A stretch of DNA of 64,000 nt from a virus. This document shows positions 1-10,005 of the stretch, piece by piece (positions within the stretch are counted from its first letter, which is position 1; each line of letters starts with the position of its first letter). The position numbers and the translations under genes were made by a program. The notes beneath the pieces are model-generated. The model saw nothing but the letters and a program-made list of their open reading frames with translations, was not told the DNA's origin and did no database searches. Where the stretch lies: IMG/VR virus record IMGVR_UViG_3300010160_000035, positions 1 to 64,000 of that record, one strand, 5' to 3'.

Positions 1-1
1 C

Positions 2-2947
2 TCTAATAATACTACTAGTAAAACAGCTACTACATTTAAAGAAGCTAAAGAAAATCTTATAGAGCAAAGAAAAACTAATAAAGATAGAATTAATCAAATT
101 AACAATAGACTTGGTTCAGTTTATCAATTTTCTAAAAAAGAGGCTCTTGAAAAAGGAGTATACATTGAAAACTTTAAAGAGCTTGAAGCTGAAAGAAAAT
201 CTTTACAAGAAAAAAATGCTTTAATTAAAAAGCAAATTGAAGATTTTTACAATGCTACACAAGAAACTAAAGATTTAGAAGCTAAAAGAAAGTCTGCAAT
301 TAAAGCAATTAGAACTAGAAAAACTAATATTAAAGAAGCATATAGACAAGAATTTGAAGCTACACCAGTTGACAAAATTAATACTAAAGAAGCATTAGAT
401 AATCATTTCTTAGATGTTGAAATTCAAATGTTATTGCATCCATCACAGCTTAAGAATCTTTATTCTCCTGTAGCAGATACTCCTTTAGCATCAAGTAAAA
501 AAGACCACTTGACAATAGAAGATAAAGCTGGTGTACCAATGACTAAGTTATATAATTTAGGATACAATGTACTAGCATCTATTAGGTTTGTATCAGGTAA
601 AGCAGGTGTAGGTCAGTTAGCTACTTGGATTAATTTTACTGACTTGGCACAAAGACATGGATTAAAACTAAATTCTAATTATCCAAATATAGAAATTAAC
701 ATAGAAGGATTTGAAGGCAGTCTTGACTTAGGTAATAATTTAGATGCTACTGGAGAATCTATCTCTATTGTATTATCAGCATTACTAACATCACAAGTGG
801 ATATAGTAAGAGACCCTTATGCAGAAGCTTTAAACATTATTAATCAAACATTAGATACTATTGCCTATATGGTTGTTAGAGGTATTCCTGCAGCAACTAT
901 TATAGATATAATGAAATACCCATACATTTCTGAGTTCTTAAAGCAAGAAAGAATTAATCAATCTATGATTGTAAAATCTACTGGTAGAGCTACAGCAAGC
1001 AATCCAAAAGGTCTTCAATTAAGTAATGAAGCTTTAACAACACAATTCTTACCTGTTTCTTTTGAACCTAAGAAGGTAACAATGGAACAGATTAAAAGTA
1101 AAAACCCTGATATTAAATACAGTGTCCTTGCAATGTTTTTGAATTTAAGAACACAAGCTAGAGATGTTAATAAGGTTAAAAGATATTATTCTCCTGATAC
1201 AAAATACTTAAAAGATAGAAATGCAGTTAATGCACTTGGTGATTTATTTAATGACATTAATAATCCAGAAGTAAAGTCTATTGTAACATTAGAAGAGCAA
1301 GATAAATTAATTACAAATGATTCTTTATTACAAGGATTCCATGAAGGAAGACAGCTTTATGATAAATTATATAACAAGTATTTTTTCTTAGACAGTATTA
1401 AAGAATACCAATTATTTAAAAGAATTATATCTCAGCAGTTAAGATTAAATACTGATGATAAAATCAAATTCTATGAATCAATAGACCAAAACTTAATTAC
1501 CTATTTATTACAAAGACACTCAACATACATTAATGAATCAGGATTAACTTTTGACAAGGTTATGAAAGGTAAAGGTTCTACAGCTAATCTAATAGCTGAC
1601 CTTAGAGAGGATCCTGACTTTGCAGATAATTTATTTGTTAAAAACTTACTTGCTTTAGTAAACAACAGAGGTACAGGTATTGATAACTTTAGGTCTTTTA
1701 AAGGTAAGGGTACTACATCATTTATTAATGAACAAGCAGACTCTTTTGATGAACTAAGAAAAGCAGATCCTACAAAAGCAGCTATACTAGTTATAACAAA
1801 TGCTTTCCAATCAGGTACTTATAATTCAATATTCCAATTAAATAAGTTTTTACCTTATGACTTACAAAAGATATTTCTTTCAGATTTAAGTCAGATTGTA
1901 ACTAAGATGTTAGCAAGTGATTCTATAACAGCAACTCAGATTAATGAATTTATGCATAAGTATTTACTATCTCATACTGAGTATATACCTGAGACTTGGA
2001 AGTTTTCACCTAAATTTATTAAAGAAGCCACTAAGATATTTCCTTATGCTAAAAACAACAAGGGTATTATTTTCTTAGTAAATAAAGGTGTAATAACAGA
2101 TATTAAAGTAGATACTATAGGTAACTATCAAGGTATTGATTACAATAAAAAAGTACCTCTTACAGATAACTTTAATGATGTTACTGTAACAGAATCTGAA
2201 GATGTAACATCTACTGAAAAAATGACTATAGAATCATTAAATATTGATTATAGTCAAGAAGTTAATGTGTATGCAGGTACAAATGAAAATACTAGTTTAA
2301 GTAATTTTTCTTCTGACAAACCTGTTACTGTTAGTGGACAAAAGTTTGATACTGTAGAAGGATATTTCCAAGCAAGAAAAATGGATTATTCTAGTGAATA
2401 TTATCAAAGTAATATTCCAGGCAATGTAGAAATGTCTTTAGCTAAATTAGAAAGATTTAAAAGAGCTAAAGGTTCTAATGCTAGATTAATGGGTAAAGAA
2501 CTAAAAGGACTTAAAGTTAGTGACTGGGATGTTGCAGCTACTGATATTTTAAAAGAAGGTATGTTGCAATCATTTTTGCAAAATCCACAAGCAGCTGCTG
2601 AACTACTAGCTACTGGCAATGCACTACTTACACATAAAAATGAAAGAGGTGTTGAACAAGATAATGGTAGATTTTCAAAATTGCTAATGGAGATTAGAGA
2701 ACAGCTATATCAAATGACTTTGCAAAAGCAAGAAGAAATGCCTACCTTTGAAGAAAAAGAAGAAAAGAATCCACATGAAGTTAAACAAGGTGTAGATCCT
2801 GTTTACCAAGATTTAGCTGATAAAATTGATATTGAAAAATTTGATGCTTTCTTCCCAGACTATACAGAGCTAAGTATTGATGAAAAAATAAATATGCTTA
2901 AAGCAGCAAGTGAAGAAGAAATAAAAATAGTTTGTAGAATACTATGA
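2..2947 (+). CDS. Virion-associated RNA polymerase / ejection protein, C-terminal part (5'-truncated), with fused NADAR domain
   Basis: The frame is open from position 2 through the track ORF 428..2947. Motifs FVSGKAGVGQLA and LSALLTSQVDIVRDP resemble crAss-like virion RNAP segments downstream of the catalytic DxDxD, which is not in the window. The C-terminal LSNF...FDTVEGYFQARK...ARLMGK...FLQNP...LLATGNALLTH is NADAR-like. Confidence 0.75.
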   Translation, partial: SNNTTSKTATTFKEAKENLIEQRKTNKDRINQINNRLGSVYQFSKKEALEKGVYIENFKELEAERKSLQEKNALIKKQIEDFYNATQETKDLEAKRKSAIKAIRTRKTNIKEAYRQEFEATPVDKINTKEALDNHFLDVEIQMLLHPSQLKNLYSPVADTPLASSKKDHLTIEDKAGVPMTKLYNLGYNVLASIRFVSGKAGVGQLATWINFTDLAQRHGLKLNSNYPNIEINIEGFEGSLDLGNNLDATGESISIVLSALLTSQVDIVRDPYAEALNIINQTLDTIAYMVVRGIPAATIIDIMKYPYISEFLKQERINQSMIVKSTGRATASNPKGLQLSNEALTTQFLPVSFEPKKVTMEQIKSKNPDIKYSVLAMFLNLRTQARDVNKVKRYYSPDTKYLKDRNAVNALGDLFNDINNPEVKSIVTLEEQDKLITNDSLLQGFHEGRQLYDKLYNKYFFLDSIKEYQLFKRIISQQLRLNTDDKIKFYESIDQNLITYLLQRHSTYINESGLTFDKVMKGKGSTANLIADLREDPDFADNLFVKNLLALVNNRGTGIDNFRSFKGKGTTSFINEQADSFDELRKADPTKAAILVITNAFQSGTYNSIFQLNKFLPYDLQKIFLSDLSQIVTKMLASDSITATQINEFMHKYLLSHTEYIPETWKFSPKFIKEATKIFPYAKNNKGIIFLVNKGVITDIKVDTIGNYQGIDYNKKVPLTDNFNDVTVTESEDVTSTEKMTIESLNIDYSQEVNVYAGTNENTSLSNFSSDKPVTVSGQKFDTVEGYFQARKMDYSSEYYQSNIPGNVEMSLAKLERFKRAKGSNARLMGKELKGLKVSDWDVAATDILKEGMLQSFLQNPQAAAELLATGNALLTHKNERGVEQDNGRFSKLLMEIREQLYQMTLQKQEEMPTFEEKEEKNPHEVKQGVDPVYQDLADKIDIEKFDAFFPDYTELSIDEKINMLKAASEEEIKIVCRIL

Positions 2948-5900
2948 AAAAGAATTGTGATACAAATACCCCAGGAACTGTAGTTGCTGACAAAATAAAA
3001 AACCACCAAGTTGCTGACTTATTTCCAGGAAAATGTGAAACTCAGCAAGAAGGTATTAATAGACTTGAATTTTCTAATAATATTCTTGAAGTAAAAACTT
3101 TTGAAGGTAACAGAGGTTATGGTGTTGTAGGAGTTTCTGCTAAAGAATTCATGACTAAAAAAACATTTACTTCTGAATCTAAAGAAGCATTTGAAGAAAA
3201 GATGGGTCCAGCTAAAGCAGTTGAATTAAATACAGCTGTTACATCTATATTACAAAGAGACCTTGGTACTTACATCCATCTTGAAATGGAGAACTTAATT
3301 AATATTTTATGTACTACTGAGTACAAAGACAAAGTATTAATAAGAGCAGGTAACTATAAATCATTAGCAGATTTAAGAGCAGCTAGTAAACTGTCTGAAG
3401 ATAATTTTAATGTATTATACAAGACAGCTAAAAAGCTAATTGAATCAGGTATTACTGAGCAAAAAAAGAAAGACCCTATGGGTAAAGTCTACATTACAGC
3501 AGAGCAAAGATTACTTGCATCTAGTTCATTAGGTGGAACTTCAGATTTAATATTTTTATACTCAGATGTTACAACAGATAACTTTGACTATAAAACAATG
3601 ACTACTAAATATGGTGATATTAGATTTGAAAGAAATAGAGCAAAAATTGTAAACCCAAGTTGGATTCCTTTTTATAAATATGAAGATTGGAACTTACAAC
3701 TACCTAAAACTACATTTGCATTAGAAAAGATTATTGGTGTAAAACAAAATAATAAATGTAGAATTATTCCAATAGCAATGATTTTGGAATATAAAGATGG
3801 AAATCCTACTGGTAAAATAAATCAAATAGAGACATTTGTATCAGCTAAAGATTATTTACAGCAAATACCTATTCAAGAAAAAACAGGTATTGGTAGTTTA
3901 GATGAAGGTATTGAAAAATTAAGCAGACTTAAAGAAAATTACATATATGAATTAGGTCAAGGTATTTCTCGTGAAAGAAAAGAGTTTTTAAAAACTAGAA
4001 TTGACAGACAGACTAGAGCTATTAATGCAATTATTGTAGATCAAGATATATCTAATCTTATAGATGACTACACAGCAGTAGTTAAAAAATATGCTGATGT
4101 AGAAAGTAAAGACTATGCTGTATTAAAGAATATAAAATCAGAAACTGTAGAAGATAAAGTAAACTCTAATTATTTATCATTAGAAGAGCATAGAGATTTA
4201 CTTAAAGAGTTAGGATTGATATCTTCTATTATAGCAGGTTCATATGAATTCTATGATAGAATGGGTATTGATGAAACTGAGTATATTAAATATAAAAGCA
4301 GGTTAAGAATTCTTCAAAATCAAATACTTGTATTAAATGAGCAATTGCAAAATGAATTATTTGCAAGAATTAGTTTAAGTAAAACAGATATAACTGAAAT
4401 AAAAAGTTCTTTTACAGTTAAGACAGTAGACCAAATGTTTAATACTTTTGGTGAAATACAACACCCTGTATTTAGAGAAGCATTTAGGAAAAAAAGTATG
4501 GCTGAATCAGAAGCTAAACTTAAAACACAAAAATTTAAAGAGAAATTAGAAGAGGTTGCTGTTGAATTAGAGAAATGGGGTAAAGCTAATGGACTAGGAT
4601 TATTTGGTGCATATGACAAGTTGATTAATAAATCAACAGGTAATATATATGCTAAGAATAATGCAGAATTTACAAAAAAGCTAAAAGAAGCACAAGAGAA
4701 AAAAGATGCTACTTTTGTAGATAAATATTTTAAACCCAAAGACAATGCTAAAGCAGAACTTACTAAGTTTATTTTAAGAGTTGTTGAAAAAAGTGGATTA
4801 GTACCAGGTAAAGATGATAATAGGATTAATCAGATTTTAGAAGATAATACAGTAGATAACTATAAGTTTAGTGATAAATTCTTTTTTAAATATTATGAAT
4901 TAAAACCACAATATGTAACTTCATTATCTTCTGAAATATATTCTAAAGAGTATATTGAAATTCAAAGAACACCAGCAATAAAAAATTATTATGATTTTTG
5001 GATTAAAACTATGCAGGAGTTTAGAGAGATTACAGATATGGCTAATGACTATACTGCATTGCCTGATAACTTTATCCCTAATTTTAGAGCTGGTCTTATT
5101 GAACAAATGTTTCAAGGTGGATTACCATCTGCAGCATGGGAATCATTCATAGGTATATTTAGACAACAATCTGATGATGTTGAGTTTGGTTATATGACTG
5201 AACTTGCTAAAAAGAAAGATATAGATACTGGTGAGATACTACATGAGATTCCTTTATTTGGTCTTTACCCTATTTACAATAAGCAAAATGTAATAGACAA
5301 CAGTCTTAAGTCTTATGATTTAAATAGAGTGTTATACACATTTGCAGATATAGCTTACAACTATGAGGGTCTAAAAAAAATAGAAGCTGAAATCACTGTT
5401 TTAGGTGATATGATAGCAACTTTTGATATCACTAAAAAAGATTCAAATGGTAAAATTATTAAATCTATTGGTGGAGCTTACAGTAAATTAACAGGTAAAC
5501 AGTTAACAGAGTATCAGACATATCTTAATACAATTAAATTTCATGTCTACGGTATTAAAGAGCAAGGAGACATATTAGATAAAAATGCTACTAAAGTAGT
5601 AAATAAACTTAATGACCTTCAAAGAGCATCTAAAATGATGTTTGAACCTGTAATACAAGTATCAGCATCGTTAGCATCTAAAGTAATGTCTTACTATGAA
5701 GGTGTAAAAGGATTTTACTATACAAGAGGTCAAATGTTTGAAAGTGAAAAAATGCTAGCTTCTGTATTTACAGAAAATGGTAAACTTGCTTCTGCTTTAT
5801 TACAATACTTTGAGTTTTCAGATAAAAATATTGGTGTTAGAGCTAATGAATTGCCTAGTAATTTTCTTGTCAGACTTGCTAATAAAGGAATAGGGTACCT

Positions 5901-6939
5901 TGGATTTAGAAAAGGTTCTGAGTGGATAGATAACAGTATTGGATTATCTATGTTACAAAATTATGGTATAGATGAAAATGGTAAATTTAAAAGATTAAAA
6001 ATGTTACCCAAAGGCTCTAAATCTTTATTACAAAGAGCATCATTAAAAGATGGTAAGCTTGAAATTGAAGGTATGACATTAGATGTGTATAATGATTTTT
6101 CACAAGCAGTAAAAAAAGTATCTAGAAGTATTAAAGGTGAACTTAGTGATAAAGATCAAAGAGCAATTAATTATACAATGCTAGGTAAACTAGCAATGAC
6201 TTACAAAAACTGGTTACCAGATTTGTGGAAAGAGCATATGGGTAGTGTGCAGTATAATAATTATACAGATGCTGTAGTTATTGGTAGGTTTAATGCTATC
6301 TATCAAAACCTTAAAACAGATGAAAGTAAGAAATTTTTATTGTTAAATCAAGCTGCTTGGATAGGATTAGGTAAAATACTATTAGATATACCATTAGCAT
6401 TAATACCAAAAGTAGGATTTAAATTCTCAAAAACTAATGAAGCAAGAGCTAGAGCATTGTTTGAGCAGTTTAAACAAAATAACCCTAATGATAAAAGAAT
6501 TCAAGAATATTCATTTGAAGAATTTTTAGATTACTATGATGGTCAGATAAGAGCAGGTATACAAGAATTGTCAATATACTTAGCATTAATTGGTCTTGTA
6601 CTTTTAGTAGGTGGAGATTGGGATGATGATGGTAAAGCTGATTATCAACAGTATTTAGCATTAAGTTTAACCTATAAAGTTATAAACAGAATGAGAAGAG
6701 AGTTAGGATTTTTCTTAGGTTCTGAAGGTATTGATATTGCTTTAAACACAACTATTCCAGTAACATCTATAGGTCTTGATTTAAAAAGAAGTTTATTAAA
6801 CTTTGTACAAGAAGCTTATGATGATATATATGATATAGATAATCCTTATGATCAATCTGGATATCTACATCATATGTCTAAAATTACACCTCTTGTTAAT
6901 CCTATTAGAAAAGCTTTAGATTTAAAGAGAGAATCATAA
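2944..6939 (+). CDS. Large virion ejection protein of the RNAP block with an N-terminal PD-(D/E)xK nuclease domain
   Basis: 1331 aa, ATGA-coupled to the RNAP gene. Motifs GTYIH...AEQRL...GGTSDLIF...FDYKT...LQL. Hydrophobic C-terminal segments. Confidence 0.65.
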   Translation: MKKNCDTNTPGTVVADKIKNHQVADLFPGKCETQQEGINRLEFSNNILEVKTFEGNRGYGVVGVSAKEFMTKKTFTSESKEAFEEKMGPAKAVELNTAVTSILQRDLGTYIHLEMENLINILCTTEYKDKVLIRAGNYKSLADLRAASKLSEDNFNVLYKTAKKLIESGITEQKKKDPMGKVYITAEQRLLASSSLGGTSDLIFLYSDVTTDNFDYKTMTTKYGDIRFERNRAKIVNPSWIPFYKYEDWNLQLPKTTFALEKIIGVKQNNKCRIIPIAMILEYKDGNPTGKINQIETFVSAKDYLQQIPIQEKTGIGSLDEGIEKLSRLKENYIYELGQGISRERKEFLKTRIDRQTRAINAIIVDQDISNLIDDYTAVVKKYADVESKDYAVLKNIKSETVEDKVNSNYLSLEEHRDLLKELGLISSIIAGSYEFYDRMGIDETEYIKYKSRLRILQNQILVLNEQLQNELFARISLSKTDITEIKSSFTVKTVDQMFNTFGEIQHPVFREAFRKKSMAESEAKLKTQKFKEKLEEVAVELEKWGKANGLGLFGAYDKLINKSTGNIYAKNNAEFTKKLKEAQEKKDATFVDKYFKPKDNAKAELTKFILRVVEKSGLVPGKDDNRINQILEDNTVDNYKFSDKFFFKYYELKPQYVTSLSSEIYSKEYIEIQRTPAIKNYYDFWIKTMQEFREITDMANDYTALPDNFIPNFRAGLIEQMFQGGLPSAAWESFIGIFRQQSDDVEFGYMTELAKKKDIDTGEILHEIPLFGLYPIYNKQNVIDNSLKSYDLNRVLYTFADIAYNYEGLKKIEAEITVLGDMIATFDITKKDSNGKIIKSIGGAYSKLTGKQLTEYQTYLNTIKFHVYGIKEQGDILDKNATKVVNKLNDLQRASKMMFEPVIQVSASLASKVMSYYEGVKGFYYTRGQMFESEKMLASVFTENGKLASALLQYFEFSDKNIGVRANELPSNFLVRLANKGIGYLGFRKGSEWIDNSIGLSMLQNYGIDENGKFKRLKMLPKGSKSLLQRASLKDGKLEIEGMTLDVYNDFSQAVKKVSRSIKGELSDKDQRAINYTMLGKLAMTYKNWLPDLWKEHMGSVQYNNYTDAVVIGRFNAIYQNLKTDESKKFLLLNQAAWIGLGKILLDIPLALIPKVGFKFSKTNEARARALFEQFKQNNPNDKRIQEYSFEEFLDYYDGQIRAGIQELSIYLALIGLVLLVGGDWDDDGKADYQQYLALSLTYKVINRMRRELGFFLGSEGIDIALNTTIPVTSIGLDLKRSLLNFVQEAYDDIYDIDNPYDQSGYLHHMSKITPLVNPIRKALDLKRES

Positions 6940-6948
6940 CGAGGGTCT

Positions 6949-6972
6949 AAAAAAAAGGGGGCAAAGCCCCCT
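6949..6972 (-). terminator. Rho-independent terminator at the convergence of the two gene blocks
   Basis: Minus strand reads AGGGGGC-TTT-GCCCCCT followed by a T-tract. Confidence 0.85.
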
Positions 6973-6977
6973 CTAAT

Positions 6978-7202
6978 TTAATCTAATGAAACTCCATAAT
7001 CATTTAGTAACTCATGGAGCATATCTCTAGCATCTTGATAAGCAGTAGCTGAACTGTCATCTAATGTAGTATCATACTTAAGTTTACCTCTTAGCTTTTG
7101 ATTTAAATCCCAAAGAACCGCTTTATAATCTCCTGCATGTACTGCATCATGAAATTCTACTTGTTCTTCAGGTAAAGTAAATGTTATAGTAGCCTTTGCC
7201 AT
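6978..7202 (-). CDS. Small conserved phage hypothetical protein
   Basis: Likely start MAKATITFTLPEEQ, which avoids overlap with the upstream ORF. Confidence 0.65.
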   Translation of the reverse strand: MAKATITFTLPEEQVEFHDAVHAGDYKAVLWDLNQKLRGKLKYDTTLDDSSATAYQDARDMLHELLNDYGVSLD

Positions 7203-7203
7203 G

Positions 7204-7542
7204 TTATTTAATTTTAAAAAACCATTTAACAATCTTAGGTAGTTTAGATAGTTGCTCATAAGCACTCTTTAGATTATAATCTAAATTATTATGTAAAGTT
7301 CTTATTCTAACATTATCAGCTTTTAGTTCCATTACTTGCTTAGAGTAATCTTTAATTTTAACATTAAGTTCTTCTAGCATTCTCTCATTAGCACTAAGAC
7401 CATTCTGTAATGAAATAATCTGAGATACTTTCTCATTAATCAATTCAGACTGTTTGTCAATTACTGGTGATGTTATACTAACATCTGCTACTAATGCATC
7501 TACTTGAGGCTTACGTGCTCTTCTTCTTGGTTTATTTTCCAT
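7204..7542 (-). CDS. Coiled-coil hypothetical protein
   Basis: 112-aa ORF with heptad-like pattern, in operon. Confidence 0.6.
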   Translation of the reverse strand: MENKPRRRARKPQVDALVADVSITSPVIDKQSELINEKVSQIISLQNGLSANERMLEELNVKIKDYSKQVMELKADNVRIRTLHNNLDYNLKSAYEQLSKLPKIVKWFFKIK

Positions 7543-7564
7543 TGCTTATTTATTTGTTTGTTGT

Positions 7565-9457
7565 TTATAAAGTTGTTATTTCACAGGCACCACCTGCACA
7601 AGCAGCTTGGTCTACTAAGTTAGTAATATCATCTTCTTCTGTAACTAAAGATAGGTCAATAGATGTTAATTGACCTACAAGATTGTTGTATTGTTGTTCT
7701 GTAATATCTTCAAAAGGTGCTTGACTATAGCTACCACCATCAAATGGAAGACAGCTTAATCCATTGTAGTACTCTTTATTTTCCCACATCCATTCTCCAA
7801 CTACTTCCCACTCATCTTTTTCAACATCTGTATGATCAAAATACATTCTACTTTTATCAATAGAGATAGTAGCAGATACATTATGTGTGTTATCTCCGTG
7901 TATATGTCCAGGTTTTATCCATTTCATGGACACGTTCTTAACTCTCTCTAATGTATGAATAGCAGTCTCAGTTCTTATTACAGAACCAGCAGGTGCTTTA
8001 ATAGGAATCTCAACTACTGCAGAATTAGGAATTAATAAATGGTCTTTAACTAGACTAGGGTGGTTTTGATTAAGATACTTATAAAGGTCTTCTGACTTAG
8101 ACATTTGCATTCTTCTAATATAGAAGTCATTATGCCAAGCATGAATACCTGATGCAGTACCTAATACACAGCTTGTAGTACCTGATGGCTTAACACAAGT
8201 AATTCTAGCTGCTCTATTAATACCTAAAGTTTGAGATAACTCAATATTAGTAAGATAAGCTATGTTAGCTGCTTCTGTAAGGTTATACTTAAATACCTCC
8301 ATGCTAGCAATACCAGTCATACCAATACCAACTAGAGCATCTTTCTCAGTAGTCTTTTTCCAAATAGGTCTTAGATAATGAAAATCAGTAAATCCTGCTT
8401 GTAAAGTACCAAAGAATGCTGCTGCAGTTACTCTATGATTTAAATCTTGTTGTGATTCAACATCACTTACATTAACTTCACATAGATTACAAAACTGATA
8501 AGGTCTTAATGCAATCTCACAGCAAGGATTAGTACCCCAATCTGGATTATTAGTAAAGTAAATACCAGGTTCACCAGCATTACTTAATTCAATCTTTCTC
8601 CATAAGTCTAAGAAAAACTCTTTAGTTATTCTGTGTCTTACAAGTACAGCAGAGTTATTAGCTCTACCTCTTTGTGGATTAAGTTCCCACCAATTACCAA
8701 ACTTACAAGTTAGCATTGATTCATCATCAGCACTAAACAAGCTAATCAAAGCTGCTCTTCTAATACCACCTGCAAGAACTGCATCTGCAATATGACAAAC
8801 TATATCATGAACTTCAACAGAAGATAGCTTTTGACCATTCTCTTTTCTTTCAAGGATTTGTTCTAATTCAAATAAGCATTTCTTAAGCGGCTCAGGTCCT
8901 GGTGCTTTACCACCAGCAGTAATTAATCTTGCACCTTTGTGTCTAATATCACTAAAGTCAAATCTAGGTTTAGTATTTCTAAAACCAAGATAACTTCCAA
9001 TCATATGCTTAACAGCATCAGCCCAACCTTCAATACTATCACCTACTAAGAACTTTTGTTCTTTAACAGGCTTATTAATTTCAGGTAGTTTCTCAATGTG
9101 TTTAAACTGTACAGAGTAACCTACTCCTGTACCACCAAGTAGTAAGAACATAATCTCACCAAAGGCTCTGTAGTCATCAATAGGTAAATAGCAACAGTTG
9201 TAGATTCTAGCTTCATTCTTTTGAATAGCAGGACCTGCAAACTGCAATGCTCTCATAGATGGTAATACCTTTTTATCAAAAATAAGCTGACCATGATTCA
9301 TAATATCATTAGCAAGGGCAGGATATTTATCTACCATCATCTGTAAGTATCTTACAATGATTTCATTATATGTTTCTCGTCTTTTTTGTTGTGGTAAGTA
9401 TTTAGCATACTTATTAAAGACTACCACGTTAGATAGTGTTTCTAATCCAATTTCCAT
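7565..9457 (-). CDS. nrdJ: Class II (adenosylcobalamin-dependent) ribonucleotide reductase
   Basis: Motifs NCCY, GTGVG, GGIRRAA, GTNPCCEI, TCVKPSGT and C-terminal ACAGGACE. No small subunit nearby. Start moved to ATG 9457, downstream of the promoter. Confidence 0.92.
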   Translation of the reverse strand: MEIGLETLSNVVVFNKYAKYLPQQKRRETYNEIIVRYLQMMVDKYPALANDIMNHGQLIFDKKVLPSMRALQFAGPAIQKNEARIYNCCYLPIDDYRAFGEIMFLLLGGTGVGYSVQFKHIEKLPEINKPVKEQKFLVGDSIEGWADAVKHMIGSYLGFRNTKPRFDFSDIRHKGARLITAGGKAPGPEPLKKCLFELEQILERKENGQKLSSVEVHDIVCHIADAVLAGGIRRAALISLFSADDESMLTCKFGNWWELNPQRGRANNSAVLVRHRITKEFFLDLWRKIELSNAGEPGIYFTNNPDWGTNPCCEIALRPYQFCNLCEVNVSDVESQQDLNHRVTAAAFFGTLQAGFTDFHYLRPIWKKTTEKDALVGIGMTGIASMEVFKYNLTEAANIAYLTNIELSQTLGINRAARITCVKPSGTTSCVLGTASGIHAWHNDFYIRRMQMSKSEDLYKYLNQNHPSLVKDHLLIPNSAVVEIPIKAPAGSVIRTETAIHTLERVKNVSMKWIKPGHIHGDNTHNVSATISIDKSRMYFDHTDVEKDEWEVVGEWMWENKEYYNGLSCLPFDGGSYSQAPFEDITEQQYNNLVGQLTSIDLSLVTEEDDITNLVDQAACAGGACEITTL

Positions 9458-9478
9458 TTTTAAATTTTTAAGGGGTGG

Positions 9479-9508
9479 CAAATATAATAATAAAACCCAC
9501 ACACCAAA
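9479..9508 (-). promoter_or_regulatory. Bacteroidota sigma70-type promoter for the RNR gene
   Basis: TTTG (9508-9505), an 18-nt spacer, then TATATTTG (9486-9479). Confidence 0.7.
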
Positions 9509-9532
9509 CATTTGATTGTCTGATATGTGGGT
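9491..9532 (-). terminator. Terminator hairpin overlapping the RNR promoter
   Basis: ACCCACATATCAGACA / TGTTTGGTGTGTGGGT forms a 16-bp stem with G-U pairs, followed by TTTTATT. Confidence 0.7.
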
Positions 9533-9543
9533 ATTTTTTATTA

Positions 9544-10005
9544 TTACAAGCTCATTGGTAAATCATGTTCTGTTGCTAAATAGCATATAGCATTTTTAAA
9601 AGAATTAATGTTTTCATTCATCATACCAATTGCAGTATTACAATTAGAACATAATAGCCCTCTTACTTTTCCAGTAGTATGACAATGGTCTATAACTAAT
9701 CTGTCTTTAAAGTATAAACTATCAGATTCAAATTGTTTTTCACAAATTAAACATTTACCTTCTTGAAGCCTAAAAAGCTCATTATATTGATTAATATCAA
9801 TTTTATAACATCTTTTAAAATGCCTGTTTCTGCTTTTTTCAGTGCTATAAGTTTTTTTAGAATCTTTCCTCAAACAAATAGAACACCTACTTCTAAATAA
9901 TCTTTTTCTACCTATTTGGTTTACTTTTCCATATTCAGAGTTAGGTTTTTCTATATTACATGAACTACATTTATGTAAATAATCTAAATCATTTACATCT
10001 TTCAT
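9544..10005 (-). CDS. Endonuclease VII-family HNH (putative homing) endonuclease
   Basis: CxxC pairs and RLVIDHCHTTGKVRGLLCSNCNTAIG. The likely start ATG 10005 overlaps the upstream stop (ATGA). Confidence 0.85.
   Translation of the reverse strand: MKDVNDLDYLHKCSSCNIEKPNSEYGKVNQIGRKRLFRSRCSICLRKDSKKTYSTEKSRNRHFKRCYKIDINQYNELFRLQEGKCLICEKQFESDSLYFKDRLVIDHCHTTGKVRGLLCSNCNTAIGMMNENINSFKNAICYLATEHDLPMSL

Noticed and set aside
9457-9540. Cobalamin riboswitch upstream of the class II RNR
   Set aside because: The leader is only about 20 nt and has no B12-box. The hairpin is explained as a terminator. The isolated ACCTGCC heptamers near 34481 and 35107 also lack the rest of the fold.
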